A stretch of DNA of 64,000 bases from Parcubacteria group bacterium M6-OD1-1 (GCA_003056085.1 LSNK01000001.1:8481-72480); one strand, 5' to 3'; shown: positions 40,272 to 52,112, counted from the first letter of the stretch. Made by a program: numbers and translations. Notes: generated from the letters alone by a model not told the origin.

Positions 40272-40307
40272 TAACGGCTGTCTCTATAAGGGACAGCCGT
40301 TTTTTTA
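40272..40307 (+). terminator. Rho-independent terminator (ACGGCTGTC..GACAGCCGT + T7)
   Basis: Perfect 9-bp stem plus a T-run. Confidence 0.75.
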
Positions 40308-40348
40308 AAAAAACCTAAGATAATACACATCTTTGAGTTTAGTAAAAA

Positions 40349-40687
40349 TTAGAAATTAGAACTCATATCATGACTCCGTACATCTTTTATCACTCTTATA
40401 GCAAGATTTATCATGTAATCTCTAACTTCTTCATCAAGAAGAGCATCTTCAGTAATTTTTGAAAACTGATTTATTTCCATTTCGGAAGATTGCTTTGAGT
40501 CTTCTTTTGTTATACCAAGGCATTTACACATAAGTGTCATACCTTCCAATAAAACATCCTTATAATATGGAAAATATTCAGAATTTACTGTTTGTCTTAT
40601 AAGAGACATTGATTCGTAAATACTCTTGGCATCACCCACTGTTTTGCATCCATTATTTATACTTACCGCAATATTGAATAGTGACAT
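40349..40687 (-). CDS. Hypothetical protein (112 aa)
   Basis: AAGGAGAG RBS upstream of the ATG. Confidence 0.55.
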   Translation of the reverse strand: MSLFNIAVSINNGCKTVGDAKSIYESMSLIRQTVNSEYFPYYKDVLLEGMTLMCKCLGITKEDSKQSSEMEINQFSKITEDALLDEEVRDYMINLAIRVIKDVRSHDMSSNF

Positions 40688-40857
40688 TTCGCTCTCCTTG
40701 TCATAAAAAAGAACAGGGTTATTTTTTACATATTATAATAAATTTATTGAAATATCAACATTTTTAATGCTAATACTACCAAGCTCTTTAATAAGTTGAA
40801 ATCTATGTTTCAAATTCAAATTTACCATACACTCAAAAATTTAAGATTTTGAGTGTA

Positions 40858-40950
40858 ATCCGAGGCAAAAGTCGTAAGTGAAATTAAGCCGTGCTTAATG
40901 GTACGGCGAAATGAACGTACGATTTTTAACGAAGGAGTACGCCAAAATAT
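40858..40950 (+). repeat. Dispersed structured repeat, copy E
   Basis: GAGGCAAAAGTCGTAAGTGAAATTAA[GCCGTGC-TTAATG-GTACGGC]GAAATGAACG...TTTTTAACGAAGGAGTACGCCAAAAT. It abuts the ftsW stop. Confidence 0.7.
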
Positions 40951-40959
40951 TAAGTTTTT

Positions 40960-42054
40960 TCAACTTCGGAGTTTAATGCTTTGGATAAGTCCAAGAGCAA
41001 TAAACAAAGACAACAAAGAAGATCCTCCGTAACTTAAAAATGGAAAAGTAATTCCTGTTACCGGCATTATTCCTAAATTCATTCCCGCGTTTATTATTAT
41101 TTGAACAAATATCCAACTTGCAACTCCTACGCAAAAAAGGCGCGCAAAATTATTTTCAGCAAAAATCGCCGTTTTTATAATTCTATACATTATAATGGAC
41201 AGAAGCGAAAAAATAATGATGACACCTAAAAAACCAAATTCCTCAGCAACTGAAGCAAACATGAAATCAGTGTGAGCTTCCGGTAAAAATCCAAACTGAA
41301 CTTGCGAACCAGAGCCCAACCCCTTACCAAAGAACCCTCCATCTCCAATGGCTATCATTGACTGAATAACATTATAACCCGCTCCTTGCGGGTCGTTGTA
41401 CGGATTTAAAAATGTCATTATCCTATCTTTTTGGTAAGGCAGAAAAACACTTGTCCATGCAAATGAAAATACCAAAATACCCAACAAGGCTAAAATGAGA
41501 AGATGTTTTTTAGAAATACCGGATACCAGCATCATAAATATCCAGATTCCCAAAATAATTATAGCAGACCCTAAATCCGGCTGCATAAGCACTAAAATTA
41601 ATGGCAAAGCTAAATATATTCCGGAAACAATAATATTGGAAAATCTATGCATTTCAACATGTCTTTGTGAAAAATATTTAGCAAATAAAATTATTAGCGC
41701 GATTTTTGTGAATTCAACAGGTTCTATAGAGAAAAATCCTACTTTTATCCACGCAGAAGCTCCCCTGATATCAGAACCAATAAAAAAAAGCGATATTAAA
41801 ACAAACAAAGACAAGACATAAAATATAATAGCTGCGTAAGAATTGTTCTTAAAAAATCTATAATCAAAAAAAGCTATGGCAAACATAACAGAAACTCCAA
41901 TAAACAAAGACACGAGTTGTTTAGTAAAAACAATTGACATCTCGGGATTATTCTGCACAATGGCAAAAAGCTCTAAAATCCCTAAAAAAGCCAAAAATAA
42001 AACAGACCCTATAAGGATCCAATCCATCTTTTTTAATTGAGAAAGTAGATTCAT
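40960..42054 (-). CDS. ftsW: FtsW/RodA/SpoVE family peptidoglycan polymerase
   Basis: Ten TM segments; conserved SEDS motifs. Confidence 0.9.
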   Translation of the reverse strand: MNLLSQLKKMDWILIGSVLFLAFLGILELFAIVQNNPEMSIVFTKQLVSLFIGVSVMFAIAFFDYRFFKNNSYAAIIFYVLSLFVLISLFFIGSDIRGASAWIKVGFFSIEPVEFTKIALIILFAKYFSQRHVEMHRFSNIIVSGIYLALPLILVLMQPDLGSAIIILGIWIFMMLVSGISKKHLLILALLGILVFSFAWTSVFLPYQKDRIMTFLNPYNDPQGAGYNVIQSMIAIGDGGFFGKGLGSGSQVQFGFLPEAHTDFMFASVAEEFGFLGVIIIFSLLSIIMYRIIKTAIFAENNFARLFCVGVASWIFVQIIINAGMNLGIMPVTGITFPFLSYGGSSLLSLFIALGLIQSIKLRS

Positions 42055-42095
42055 CCTGTAAAATACACCTCAAAACCTGAGGCATTTAATAAAAA

Positions 42096-42884
42096 TTATC
42101 TTAATATATTAGAATCATCCATGGCATTTACCGTTGCCTCCATTATAACTTTCGCAACAGGTCCTCCGTCAATTTTAGAAAACCAAGGCATAGTAATTTT
42201 TCTTCTTTCACCTGCTCTCAAATTATTTATTTTTGTTTGATTGATAGCCAAATAATTATCATCTTTATCCAATAAAATAGCGACTAAATCCACAGCAACA
42301 AATGAATAGTTTGATTGATTCTCAATAATCCCTGTCACCTGAGAAACTCCCGCAGACCCCGAAACAGTACTACTTTCGTATTTTTTAGAAAAAATTGGAA
42401 GCTTGATATTTGTTCTTTTTTGCTCCTCCCATTTTACCGGTTCAATTTCAAACTTAACAAAAACAGGATCTCCTATTATGTCTAAATTACTTTTTACAAC
42501 ATATTTTGTCTCTCCGGCTAAAATATAACTTTTCCCTTTTTCTTCCGAAATAAAATTATTATCCTTGTCATAAAATTTAAATTTATATTCTATACTTGAA
42601 ACCCCTTGTTGAGAATTTGAATTCTTAATTTTTGCCAAAACATCATACCTTCCTTCAAAAACCATAAGATTTGAAGAAATAACTTGAATGTCCTCAAAAT
42701 AAGATTCTATACAAGAAGAACAAAAAGCACCCCCGCAGTCTATCTGTTCCTCGCCTTGATTTAAAATATTATCAAAACAAGAAGGCGCCTCTTTACCTGA
42801 CCAAAAAAATAAAAACAAAATTAAAAGAACAACTGCAAAAAATACAGTTCCTATAGTTACCTGTCTTTTTAGTTTATATTCCAT
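42096..42884 (-). CDS. Hypothetical membrane-anchored Cys-rich protein
   Basis: N-terminal TM segment; CFDNILNQGEEQIDCGGAFCSSC. Confidence 0.55.
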   Translation of the reverse strand: MEYKLKRQVTIGTVFFAVVLLILFLFFWSGKEAPSCFDNILNQGEEQIDCGGAFCSSCIESYFEDIQVISSNLMVFEGRYDVLAKIKNSNSQQGVSSIEYKFKFYDKDNNFISEEKGKSYILAGETKYVVKSNLDIIGDPVFVKFEIEPVKWEEQKRTNIKLPIFSKKYESSTVSGSAGVSQVTGIIENQSNYSFVAVDLVAILLDKDDNYLAINQTKINNLRAGERRKITMPWFSKIDGGPVAKVIMEATVNAMDDSNILR

Positions 42885-42962
42885 TTCCTTAGTAACCGAT
42901 AATTAGTAACGAGTACCTAATAATTGGCTTTTATTCGTTACAAATTACGGATTTTAAATTAT

Positions 42963-43472
42963 TTATTTAAATATTTTTTCGGTTTTTTGATATAATTCAT
43001 CTCCAAAATTCATAGCCTTATTTAAATATTCGGCTGTTTTTTCCGGAGCTTCTTTTGCCACTTGCTCTATAACACTTCTATTTCTTTCTGATAAATTTTG
43101 AATCTTCTGAACAAGTTCTTCCGTATTTTCTTTTGTGTTCTTTATTTTTTTCATGTTTTGATTAATCTCTTTCATCAAGTTATTATAATCATCCATAATT
43201 TTTTCCGCCTTTTTTACCGTTAATTCTCCTTTGCGCTGAATTTTTTTTATTTCTGCTATTCTTTCGTTAAGATACTTTATTTCAAGCTTTATTTTCCCTT
43301 CATCAGTAAAAGTAAGCAGATTTAACTGCACCCACTCCCATGAAGTGTCTAAAAAATAAAAAACATCCCCCGGAACAAACCCGGCAGAAACATTAGAGTT
43401 GTCTTTCTGTAATTTTGGAAATCCAAAAATAATAAGACCGATAATAAAAATTAATAAAATTAATTTTTTCAT
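42963..43472 (-). CDS. Hypothetical secreted coiled-coil protein
   Basis: Signal-anchor N-terminus; K/E-rich heptad repeats. Confidence 0.55.
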   Translation of the reverse strand: MKKLILLIFIIGLIIFGFPKLQKDNSNVSAGFVPGDVFYFLDTSWEWVQLNLLTFTDEGKIKLEIKYLNERIAEIKKIQRKGELTVKKAEKIMDDYNNLMKEINQNMKKIKNTKENTEELVQKIQNLSERNRSVIEQVAKEAPEKTAEYLNKAMNFGDELYQKTEKIFK

Positions 43473-43623
43473 AATTTCAATTTTAAATTCCTAATCTCTA
43501 ATCTCTATTTTTTATATAATATCATATTTTTCTTTTCATATAAAGCAAAAAACACCCTCGCCGGATGCTTATCACATAAACCTTCAGTATTTTTAAATTT
43601 GTCCCGCACCAAGAAAATAAGAA

Positions 43624-43740
43624 ACTTGCAATGACCTACTTTCTCACAGCCTAACGCTGCAATATCATCGGCGGAGTACATCTTTACGACTCTGTTCGGA
43701 ATGGGAAGAGGTGGTTTCTATACCCTATTATCACAAGCTT
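43624..43740 (-). rRNA. rrf: 5S rRNA
   Basis: Reverse complement contains CCACCTCTTCCCATTCCGAACAGAGTCGTAAAG...GCCGATGATATTG, i.e. the 5S loop-B/C consensus. It lies downstream of the 23S on the same strand. Confidence 0.75.
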
Positions 43741-44169
43741 CTTGTTTTCTTCGTACGAAACAAATTTTAAATGTCCTTGTTTTTTTTCTTTGATCACTAA
43801 ATACAGTAAAGTTAACCTAAGGATAACCCTTAAATAACAATGGAAAAGTTACTTCCTTCTCTTACATTTTTCTGCGATTGGCTTATTAGTATTGCTCGCC
43901 TGAACACTTCACAGTGCTTACAGCTGCAACCTATCAACGTGATAGTCTTTCACGGGCCTATAGGATAAATCCAACGAGACCTAATCTTGGGTTGTGCTTC
44001 GAGTTTAGATGCTTTCAACTCTTATCACGACCGAACTTAGCTACCCAGCAATGCCCTTGGCAGGACAACTGGTACACCAGAGGTTCGTCCACTCCGGTCC
44101 TCTCGTACTAGGAGCAGCTTCCCTCAAGTCTCTACGCCTACAGCAGATAGAGAACCAACCTGTCTTACG

Positions 44170-44668
44170 CAAATGTAGCTACTAAAAATTTATTCAGTAA
44201 CGCCGCCATTACTGGCGGGATCGGACTATATCTTCATCCATCTATTTTAGATGGAGGCTAACGTTTAGTCTCTACGGGTAGTTATGAATTTTATTGAGGA
44301 GCCAACGATATTGTTGTTGGCTCTACTTAGGGTAGGAACATAGCTAAACATATTCCACATTGTGGTTTCTGCAAACGCTCATGTTCAGCACATCGGCATA
44401 TCCCAGCTATTTATCCCGTGCGTCCGCGGGATCCTTCGGGCCCCGCCTCAAGTGTGCCGGCGTGTTAATTCACACCGCTTGTCTTAGAGAATAGATATCC
44501 TCAATAAAATTCATAACCTTCCCTCGGTATTGTCCATGTTATACAACATTAGGATTTCACCGATATAAGTTAGCTTCTCATACAAAATCACTTTTGTATG
44601 CCGCCGTATATGATGTCAAACCTCGGATTCAGACTGTAAAACATCCTTTCTTTTAAAAAAGGTGCTTT
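44170..44668 (-). mobile_element. Group I intron without ORF in 23S rRNA at the E. coli U2593/C2594 equivalent
   Basis: Exon junction GGGTTCAGACCGT | ...~499 nt... G | CGTAAGACAGGTTGG aligns to GGGUUUAGAACGU|CGUGAGACAGUUCGG. The 5' exon ends in U and the intron ends in G. Confidence 0.65.
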
Positions 44669-44737
44669 ACGGTCTGAACCCAGCTCGCGTACCGCTTTAA
44701 TTGGCGAACAGCCAAACCCTTGGAAGCTTCTCCACCT

Positions 44738-44768
<31 letters not shown>

Positions 44769-44804
44769 GAACCTTGCCGTCGATATGAACTCTTAGGCAA
44801 GACC

Positions 44805-44841
<37 letters not shown>

Positions 44842-45330
44842 TTCGCACTTTCTACAAAGTTACGTCGGATCACTAAGTCCTGCTTTCGCAACTGCGCGAC
44901 TTGTTAGTCTTGCAGTAAAGCCGGCTTATGCCTTTACACTATCAGTCCGATTTCCATCCGGACCTAGCCGACCTTAATGAACGCCTCCGTTACCATTTGG
45001 GAGGCTAGCGCCCCACTAAAACTGTCTACCAGCCACTGTCCCCTTAAGGTTTTACCTTAAAAGTTAGTATTGCAATTATAAGAGAGTGGTATTTCACTGA
45101 CGACTCCATGTCACCCGAAAGCGACACTTCAAAGTCTCCCACCTATGCTACGCAATTAAAACAACAATACAATAACAAGCAACAGTAAAGCTCCCGGGGT
45201 CTTTCTGTCTAGCTGCAGGAAGAGGGCATCTTCACCCCCACTGTAATTTCACCGAGTGATTCGTTGAGACAGTTCCCAAGTCGTTACGCCATTCGTGCAG
45301 GTCGGAATTTACCCGACAAGGAATTTCGCT

Positions 45331-46072
45331 CGATCTTTGTTACTGATTCTACCTAAATAGAATTGGTGTAGTCATTTCTGCTACACTCTCTATGTCGCCA
45401 TAGAGTCCGGACTATATCATCACGCTTTTTTACAGCGCGCCTGGCGTATAGTCTCTGAGGATTCTAAAAATCTGGATTGTTTTTTTCGATTCATTAACTC
45501 TATTTTTTTTGCTATTTTCTTCATTCCTTTCATGGAAAGATGTTCTTTTTTCGTCATTATTTCCATTATTTCAGCAAAAATTTTGAAATCTTTTCTTTTT
45601 GCTGTTTTTAAAGAATTACTTCTGAAAAACGGAATTATTTTTTCATTTAAATCATCCATAGATCTTACACAAAATCTTAAAAGATTTTCTTTATGATCAT
45701 CATATCGATTATTTTTAAAAATTTTTCCGCAATTAAAATAGTCTTTAAATAAAGTTAAAGCATCTAAGCTTTTCTCCCCTTGAGTTATTACAAACTCAGG
45801 GAAAACTTGCCATCCAAGTTTGGAAGTTTTGTTTTTTATAATACTAACAGAGAAACAACCTTCTCCATCAGTAAAACCAATTATCCAACCTATAATTTTT
45901 AGCCTTTCCTGCTGATTGTCTGCACTGGATACATTTTCACTATAATAGTTTTTCATATCTATGGAATAATTATACCATAGATATTTTTCTATTATTAGTA
46001 GTACCAGATACTACAGGGTTTTACCCACAGGTGTTCCAGCATATGGCCAGGTTTTACTAAGGCAAGAAATTC
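45331..46072 (-). mobile_element. Group I intron in 23S rRNA at the E. coli U1931/A1932 equivalent (helix 69-71 region), carrying a LAGLIDADG homing-endonuclease gene
   Basis: Exon junction ...TAACTATAATCGTTCTAAGGT | ~742 nt ...AAAGATCG | AGCGAAATTCCTTGTCGGG aligns to CUAAGGU|AGCGAAAUUCC. It follows the U ... G rule. Confidence 0.75.
45420..45956 (-). CDS. LAGLIDADG homing endonuclease (single-motif, I-CreI-like)
   Basis: IIGWIIGFTDGEGCF LAGLIDADG motif; 178 aa; located inside the 23S intron. Confidence 0.85.
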   Translation of the reverse strand: MKNYYSENVSSADNQQERLKIIGWIIGFTDGEGCFSVSIIKNKTSKLGWQVFPEFVITQGEKSLDALTLFKDYFNCGKIFKNNRYDDHKENLLRFCVRSMDDLNEKIIPFFRSNSLKTAKRKDFKIFAEIMEIMTKKEHLSMKGMKKIAKKIELMNRKKQSRFLESSETIRQARCKKA

Positions 46073-47844
46073 ACCTTAGAACGATTATAGTTATCGCTGA
46101 CGTTCACCGGCGCTTCGGGCGTTAGCAGTATAATAAATTATACCACCTTCACCGTTAACGTTCCGGCACTGGTCAGGCGTCACCCCCTATACATCCTCTT
46201 ACGAGTTAGCAGAGAGCTGTGTTTTTGGTAAACAGTCGCCTGGGATACTTTCGCTGCGGCCTTAACTGAAAAACTGGATTTTGAGGGGAAGTGTACTCTT
46301 ACGCTTCCCGGATTTTAAAAATGGTCGGAAAGGATTACGCAGACATACTGCATATTTTGGGGTATTTAATCCCAAAACAGATATATCATTTTCGGTAATC
46401 CTCACCGTTTAAGCTTTACTCAAAATCCAGCTTCCCAGCAAGGCAAGCCTTATTCCGAAGTTACGGCTGCTTTTTTGCCGAGTTCCTTAACGAACTTTCA
46501 CTCGTTCACCTTGGTCTTCTCGACCTATCTACCTGTGTCGGTTTACGGTACGTGCACACTAAAAATATTCTTAGAAGTTTTTCTCGGTCGCCAGCTCATC
46601 TGAATTGGTGAAAAAACACCTCTTCTCAACTCTTGGAGTTGTGATTAAACACAGCTTTCCGGATTTACCTGGAAAACCTCCTTAAGCAAAGAACGTAAAT
46701 CCAATAATACGCTCAAACTACTTAGCCACGTCACTCCATCGATTTTTAGCATGGTGCAGGAATATTAACCTGCTGTCCATCAGCTCCGCCGTTCGGCATC
46801 GCCTTAGGTACGACTAACCCTTGGTTGATTGTCATTGCCAAGGAAACCTTAGATTTTCGGTGTACTGGGATCTCACCAGTATTGCGGTTACTTATGCCAA
46901 CATTCTCACTTCCTGACGCTCCAGCATGGCTCACGCCAACACCTTCACAGCAGACAGGAACGCTCCCCTACCACACCGCTGCAAAGCAGCGATATCCACA
47001 ATTTCGGTAGCATACTTTAGCCCCGGTACATTTTCGGTGCAAAATCTCTAAACTAGTGGGCTGTTACGCACTCTTTAAAGGATGGCTGCTTCTAAGCCAA
47101 CCTCCTAGCTGTTTAAGAAATTCTACCGCCTTTAATCACTTAGTATGCATTTTGGGACCTTAATTTGTGGTCTGGACTCTTTTCCTTTTGACCATGGAGC
47201 TTATCCCCCACAGTCTGACTCCTGAGCTATATTGAATGGAATTCGGAGTTTGATTGGGATAGACAGCTTGCGCCATTCTAACTCATCCAGTGCTCTACCT
47301 CCATTCATAAACACTCAAGGCTATACCTAAATATATTTCGGGGAGAACCAGCTATTACCAAGTTCGATTAGCTTTTCACTCCTTACCACAGGTCATCCGA
47401 ACGTGTTGCACAGCGTATCGGTTCGGGCCTCCCTTTGATTTTACTCAAAGTTCACCCTGCCCATAGTAAGCTCACTTGGCTTCGGGTTTTATGCATGCTG
47501 CATAGACTTGTCACTTAATGATTCTTTCTGCTGCAATTAATATTTTTCTACTACGCAAACCTCACCACTCGTCAGTGAATAATTTTATTCACTTCCTCGT
47601 GTTTCAGCTTGCTCATGACGAAAAATATCAATTTCGCTACGAAAAATCCATTAAGAGACAAGTCTATTTCGCCCTATTAAGACTTGGTTTCCCTACGCCT
47701 ACCCTCTTTGCGAGGTTAAACAGGCAACATACATAAACTCGTTGGCTCATTCTCCAAAAGGCACGCCGTCACCCTGATAAATCAGAGCTCCGACTAATTG
47801 TAAGTATATAGTTTCAGTTCTATTTCACTGCCCTCACCGGGCTA

Positions 47845-47885
<41 letters not shown>

Positions 47886-48654
47886 TAAAAAGTATTTAGC
47901 CTTGGGAGAGTAGTTCTCCCGGATTCCTACGGGGTTGTCTTTCCCCGCAGTACTTAGGTACAAATACTTAGAGTGTTTACTAATTTTCATTTACGGGACT
48001 ATTACCCTCTATGGTTGTCCTTTCCATGACAATTCAACTAAAAAGCAAAACTTGTTTTACTCTATTTTAAATAAATTTAAAAACGCATTTGCCCTGCAAC
48101 CCCTAATATGTGTAATAAATTATACTTATTAGGTTTAGGCTTCTACCGTTTCGCTCGCCGCTACTAAGGTAATAACTATTGTTCTCTTTTCCTCTGGTTA
48201 CTGAGATGTTTCACTTCACCAGGTTCGCTGCTTTTGATTTTAACTCAAAAGCTATCTTGATTTTACTCAAGATGGGTTCCCCCATTCGGAAATCTCCGGA
48301 TCAAAGGTTGCTGAGCACCTCACCGAAGCTTATCGCAGCCATGCCACGTCCTTCATCGCCTTTTTATGCCTAGGCATCCACTATATACCCTTATTCCGCA
48401 AAAAAATGAAAGTTAAGGAATAACTTTTCTTTTGTTTCACTCAATAAAATTTTCTCCTGCATAGAAGAAAAAATTATAATTTTTGTTATTGATAACCACC
48501 ATAAAATAAATCTTATTATTTTATAATGATTAAAGGAATAACTTTACTGTATTTAATTATCAAAGTTCTCACAGGCTCCAAACCTGTCCTAAAATAAATT
48601 TTGTTATGAAATTTATTTTAGGACAAACTTGGTACATTTTGTTTTGTATAAAGG

Positions 48655-48684
48655 GAAACAAAAAAAGCGCTTTTTGAAGCGCCT
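48655..48684 (-). terminator. Rho-independent terminator downstream of gpsA (AGCGCTTCAAAAAGCGCT + T-run on the minus strand)
   Basis: Stem plus T-run, read on the reverse complement. Confidence 0.6.
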
Positions 48685-48878
48685 GTTAAACAACGTTAAA
48701 AATCTTAACTCAGAGCGCCTCTCTTTTTTATTATTAAATTGTTGTTTTTGTTTATCATTTATACGCTATGTTATACGAAAATAAAACAAATGTCAACAGT
48801 TATAAAATTCATCACTTAAAAGTTAGATGCTGCAATCTTAATTGCCATGCTAAATTCTAAAAATTTACATAAATCATT

Positions 48879-49778
48879 CTATTTTATGCCTTGAATTTTA
48901 TCCATTAAAATCAATTTTGGATCTTCATTTTTATTTATAATTTTATCCAAAATATTTAATATTGGAAATTTTTCTAAATTCTCCCCAAGCAATTTTACAA
49001 CCGAATCTAAAGACGTCACCCCTTCACTATCTAAACTGCACACCTCTCCGCTTGCTATTTTATAACCTACTTTTCTATTTCTTGAATGCGCGCTAAAACC
49101 GGTTGTAACCAAATCACCAATACCGGACAAAGTAAAAGCGGTTTCTTTTTTACCTTCCAACAATTCTATTATTTCTGAAATTTCAGAAATAGCTTTTGTT
49201 ACAAACCAACCTTTCGTATTATCACCCAGCGAAAGACCGTCTAAAAGACCAAGTCCCAAGGTGTATATATTTTTAAGAACACTTGCAATAGCCGAACCTC
49301 TAACATCTTTTGAATATTCAAATTTTAAATTTGAATATTCAAAAAGAGAGTCTATTTTATTAAAAAAACTTTTATCTTCAGTTGCCAAAACACCTACGGT
49401 AAAAATATCTTTTGCTATTTCTTCTGATATCATCGGACCAAGACACAAAGCGAAACGATGACCGCTTGGAAGCATTTCCGCCAAAACAACATCCATAGTT
49501 TTTAATGTTTCTTTTTCAATTCCTTTTGATAAAGAAATAACTCCGGTTGAAGCTTTTAAATTTAAAAGTATGTCGGGAACAACTTCTCTTTGTGCCCAAG
49601 AAGGAACACATAAAAACAAAAAATCAGCATTGGAAACAACATCAGAAAGTTGAATTTCTGTTTTTAATTTAGAAGCATCTTTATCCCAATATAAAACCTT
49701 CAAATTTTTATTTTTTTCCAACACACCGCCAATAGCGCTCCCTATGTTTCCTGCTCCTATTATTGCTATTTTTTTCAT
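48879..49778 (-). CDS. gpsA: NAD(P)H-dependent glycerol-3-phosphate dehydrogenase
   Basis: MKKIAIIGAGNIGSAIG Rossmann motif; ~300 aa. Confidence 0.85.
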   Translation of the reverse strand: MKKIAIIGAGNIGSAIGGVLEKNKNLKVLYWDKDASKLKTEIQLSDVVSNADFLFLCVPSWAQREVVPDILLNLKASTGVISLSKGIEKETLKTMDVVLAEMLPSGHRFALCLGPMISEEIAKDIFTVGVLATEDKSFFNKIDSLFEYSNLKFEYSKDVRGSAIASVLKNIYTLGLGLLDGLSLGDNTKGWFVTKAISEISEIIELLEGKKETAFTLSGIGDLVTTGFSAHSRNRKVGYKIASGEVCSLDSEGVTSLDSVVKLLGENLEKFPILNILDKIINKNEDPKLILMDKIQGIK

Positions 49779-49837
49779 ATTATTATAACTTTAAAATATA
49801 TACTTTATTATAGTTCTTTAACCAAGGAGATTTAACA

Positions 49838-49997
49838 ATGAATACTAACCTTAAAAAAAACCAAGGAGCAATTTGAAGCAAGATGCATCAATGATGGGCT
49901 CTGCCCAAAATGCTTGGAAAAGTTGAAAAAAGAAATATCTTCATGCGGAAGTGAATACGAACTAATCTGCATAAATTGCAATCTTATAATAGACTAA
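49838..49997 (+). CDS. Small zinc-ribbon protein (~52 aa) interrupted by a frameshift in an A8 run (49853-49860)
   Basis: AAGGAG RBS, then ATG; MNTNLKK, then with 7 As ...TKEQFEARCINDGLCPKCLEKLKKEISSCGSEYELICINCNLIID (CxxC...CxxC). With 8 As the frame stops after 13 codons. Confidence 0.4.
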
Positions 49998-50124
49998 GGT
50001 TTTGTCTAAATGTATTTGAAAAATCCATTCTAAAAATATAGCGTGGATTTTTTATTTATTTTTTAACTGTTTTTCGTAAATCTTTATTAAGGGTTAAAAT
50101 TTATGAAAATAATTATTTTAGAAA

Positions 50125-50574
50125 TTATTCTTCCAACTCAGATATTTTCTGAATTCTTCTTTTATGTCTTTCCGCTTCTGAAAATGGAGTTTGAAGCCAA
50201 AGCTCAACCGCTTTTTTTACTTCTCCTTCGCTCAAAAAACGAGCACCCAAAGACAGAACATTTGCATCATTGTGCTCTCTTGAAAGGGATATAATTTCAT
50301 CGGGACCACCGTAATAAACAACAGCTCTTGCGCCTTTTATTTTATTTGCCGCTATTGCTTCTCCTTGCCCGGAACCGCCCAAAACTATCGCTCTTGAACC
50401 CTGATCGCTTGCAGCAAATCCAGCCGCTTTTGAAATAAAATCAGGATAATCGTCCGACTCGTCATAGGAAAGAGCTCCCAAATCTTCAACATCATAGCCT
50501 TTGTCCACCAAAAACCCAACAAGTTTTTCTTTAAGTTCAAATCCTGCATGATCTGCTGCTAAATATATTTTCAT
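50125..50574 (-). CDS. rpiB: Ribose-5-phosphate isomerase B
   Basis: MKIYLAADHAGFELKE...; RpiB/LacAB family. Confidence 0.9.
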   Translation of the reverse strand: MKIYLAADHAGFELKEKLVGFLVDKGYDVEDLGALSYDESDDYPDFISKAAGFAASDQGSRAIVLGGSGQGEAIAANKIKGARAVVYYGGPDEIISLSREHNDANVLSLGARFLSEGEVKKAVELWLQTPFSEAERHKRRIQKISELEE

Positions 50575-50584
50575 AGATTATAAA

Positions 50585-51610
50585 TTATAATAATTTAGAA
50601 ACTTCCACCACATGTTTAACTAAAGAATAAGTATACCCCATCTCATTGTCATACCATGCTAAAATCTTAACAAAATTTCCATCAACTACTTTTATAAAAG
50701 GCAAATCAACTATTGAAGCGTATGGAGTTCCTATAATATCAGTGGATACAAGCTGTTCATCAGAAACTGAAAAAATTCCCTGCCATTTTTCTTCTTTTGC
50801 CGCATTTCTGAAAATCTCTTGAAGCTCCTCAACGGAGGTATCTCTTTTGGCTAAAAAAGTAAAATCTGCTATTGAACCGGAAATAACAGGAACACGCATA
50901 GCAACTCCGTCAAATTTTCCTGCAAGTTCTTTCACGGCTTTTGTTACAGAAATTGCTGCGCCTGTTGTTGAAGGTATTATATTTTGCGCTGCAGCTCTTC
51001 CTTTTCTCCAGTCTTTCGCATCCGGACCATCAACTATTTTTTGAGTTGCCGTATAACCATGAATTGTATTTAAAAATGCCTTCTCTACTCCCACAGTTTC
51101 TGACATTATTTTCGCAACAGGTGATGTTGAGTTTGTAGTGCAAGATCCATTTGAAGAAACTAAACATGTTTTAAGCTCATCTTCATTTATACCCATTAAA
51201 ATTGTTTTACCCGCTTCTCCTTCTTCACCCTTCCCCGGAGCTGAAATAACGACTCTTTTTGCGCCGGCATCAATGTGCGCCTTTGCATCTTCATATTTTG
51301 TAAAAAATCCGGTGGATTCAACAACGATATCAATTCCAAGGTCGCCCCAAGGAAGATTATTTGGGTCTTTTTCTGAAACGAAATTTACCTTCTTTCCACC
51401 CACCACCAAATAAATTTTATCTCCATCTTTTTCTGTTGATATCTCAAGATCTGATTTTTTTTGTGCAGAATCATACTTTAAAAGGTAAGCAAGATTTTCT
51501 ACATCACCAAGATCATTTATCGCAACTACATCAAGCTCCGAATTTTCGAAAGCTACTTTAAAAAATTGTCGGCCTATTCTTCCAAAGCCATTTATCGCTA
51601 CTTTTTTCAT
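50585..51610 (-). CDS. gap: Glyceraldehyde-3-phosphate dehydrogenase
   Basis: INGFGRIGR NAD-binding motif; catalytic SCTTN region. Confidence 0.95.
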   Translation of the reverse strand: MKKVAINGFGRIGRQFFKVAFENSELDVVAINDLGDVENLAYLLKYDSAQKKSDLEISTEKDGDKIYLVVGGKKVNFVSEKDPNNLPWGDLGIDIVVESTGFFTKYEDAKAHIDAGAKRVVISAPGKGEEGEAGKTILMGINEDELKTCLVSSNGSCTTNSTSPVAKIMSETVGVEKAFLNTIHGYTATQKIVDGPDAKDWRKGRAAAQNIIPSTTGAAISVTKAVKELAGKFDGVAMRVPVISGSIADFTFLAKRDTSVEELQEIFRNAAKEEKWQGIFSVSDEQLVSTDIIGTPYASIVDLPFIKVVDGNFVKILAWYDNEMGYTYSLVKHVVEVSKLL

Positions 51611-51647
51611 AAAATTTTTAACTTTTAATTTTTATAATATTTTTAAA

Positions 51648-52112
51648 TTAACATTTGTCCGATTTCTTCCAGTTTTTCTTTATAAAAGAATCTATTTTTT
51701 TCGTTCTTTTAAATCCCCATTCCGCCGCTTTTTTATCGGCGTCAATTTCTAATTTATTTCCATCACTCTTTCTCCAGTTCCTTCCTTGTGTGGCATGTCC
51801 AAGCTCATGAGCTACAACAAATCTTAAAACATCTATCGGAATCCCATTTGGAATTGTCATCTGCATTATCTTAAATTTTCCTTTGGGATTTGGAAAATGC
51901 ATCATTTGACCCAACACTCCTTCATGTAATGCAACTATTATCAAATTTTTTGTCAGCAATAGAAAATCCTCCTTTGGCATATCAGAAAAAACATCCTCAA
52001 ATGCTTTTTTGGTTCTTTTATAAAACTGGAGGCTTTGCTGGGATTTCATAAAATCCTTAACCTCTTTTTTTGTCGGACTATCCTTCATTTTTAGTGATTG
52101 CTTTTTAACCAC
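51648..52112 (-). CDS. Putative zinc metallopeptidase (HEXXH; ImmA/IrrE-like)
   Basis: FVVAHELGHATQG motif; 154 aa. Confidence 0.45.
   Translation of the reverse strand: MVKKQSLKMKDSPTKKEVKDFMKSQQSLQFYKRTKKAFEDVFSDMPKEDFLLLTKNLIIVALHEGVLGQMMHFPNPKGKFKIMQMTIPNGIPIDVLRFVVAHELGHATQGRNWRKSDGNKLEIDADKKAAEWGFKRTKKIDSFIKKNWKKSDKC

Noticed and set aside
48420-48878. 16S rRNA upstream of the 23S.
   Set aside because: The region is AT-rich with no 16S signatures. It contains only a 16-bp perfect palindrome (GTCCTAAAATAAATTT..AAATTTATTTTAGGAC) and direct AAGGAATAAC repeats, probably promoter or processing elements of the 23S.
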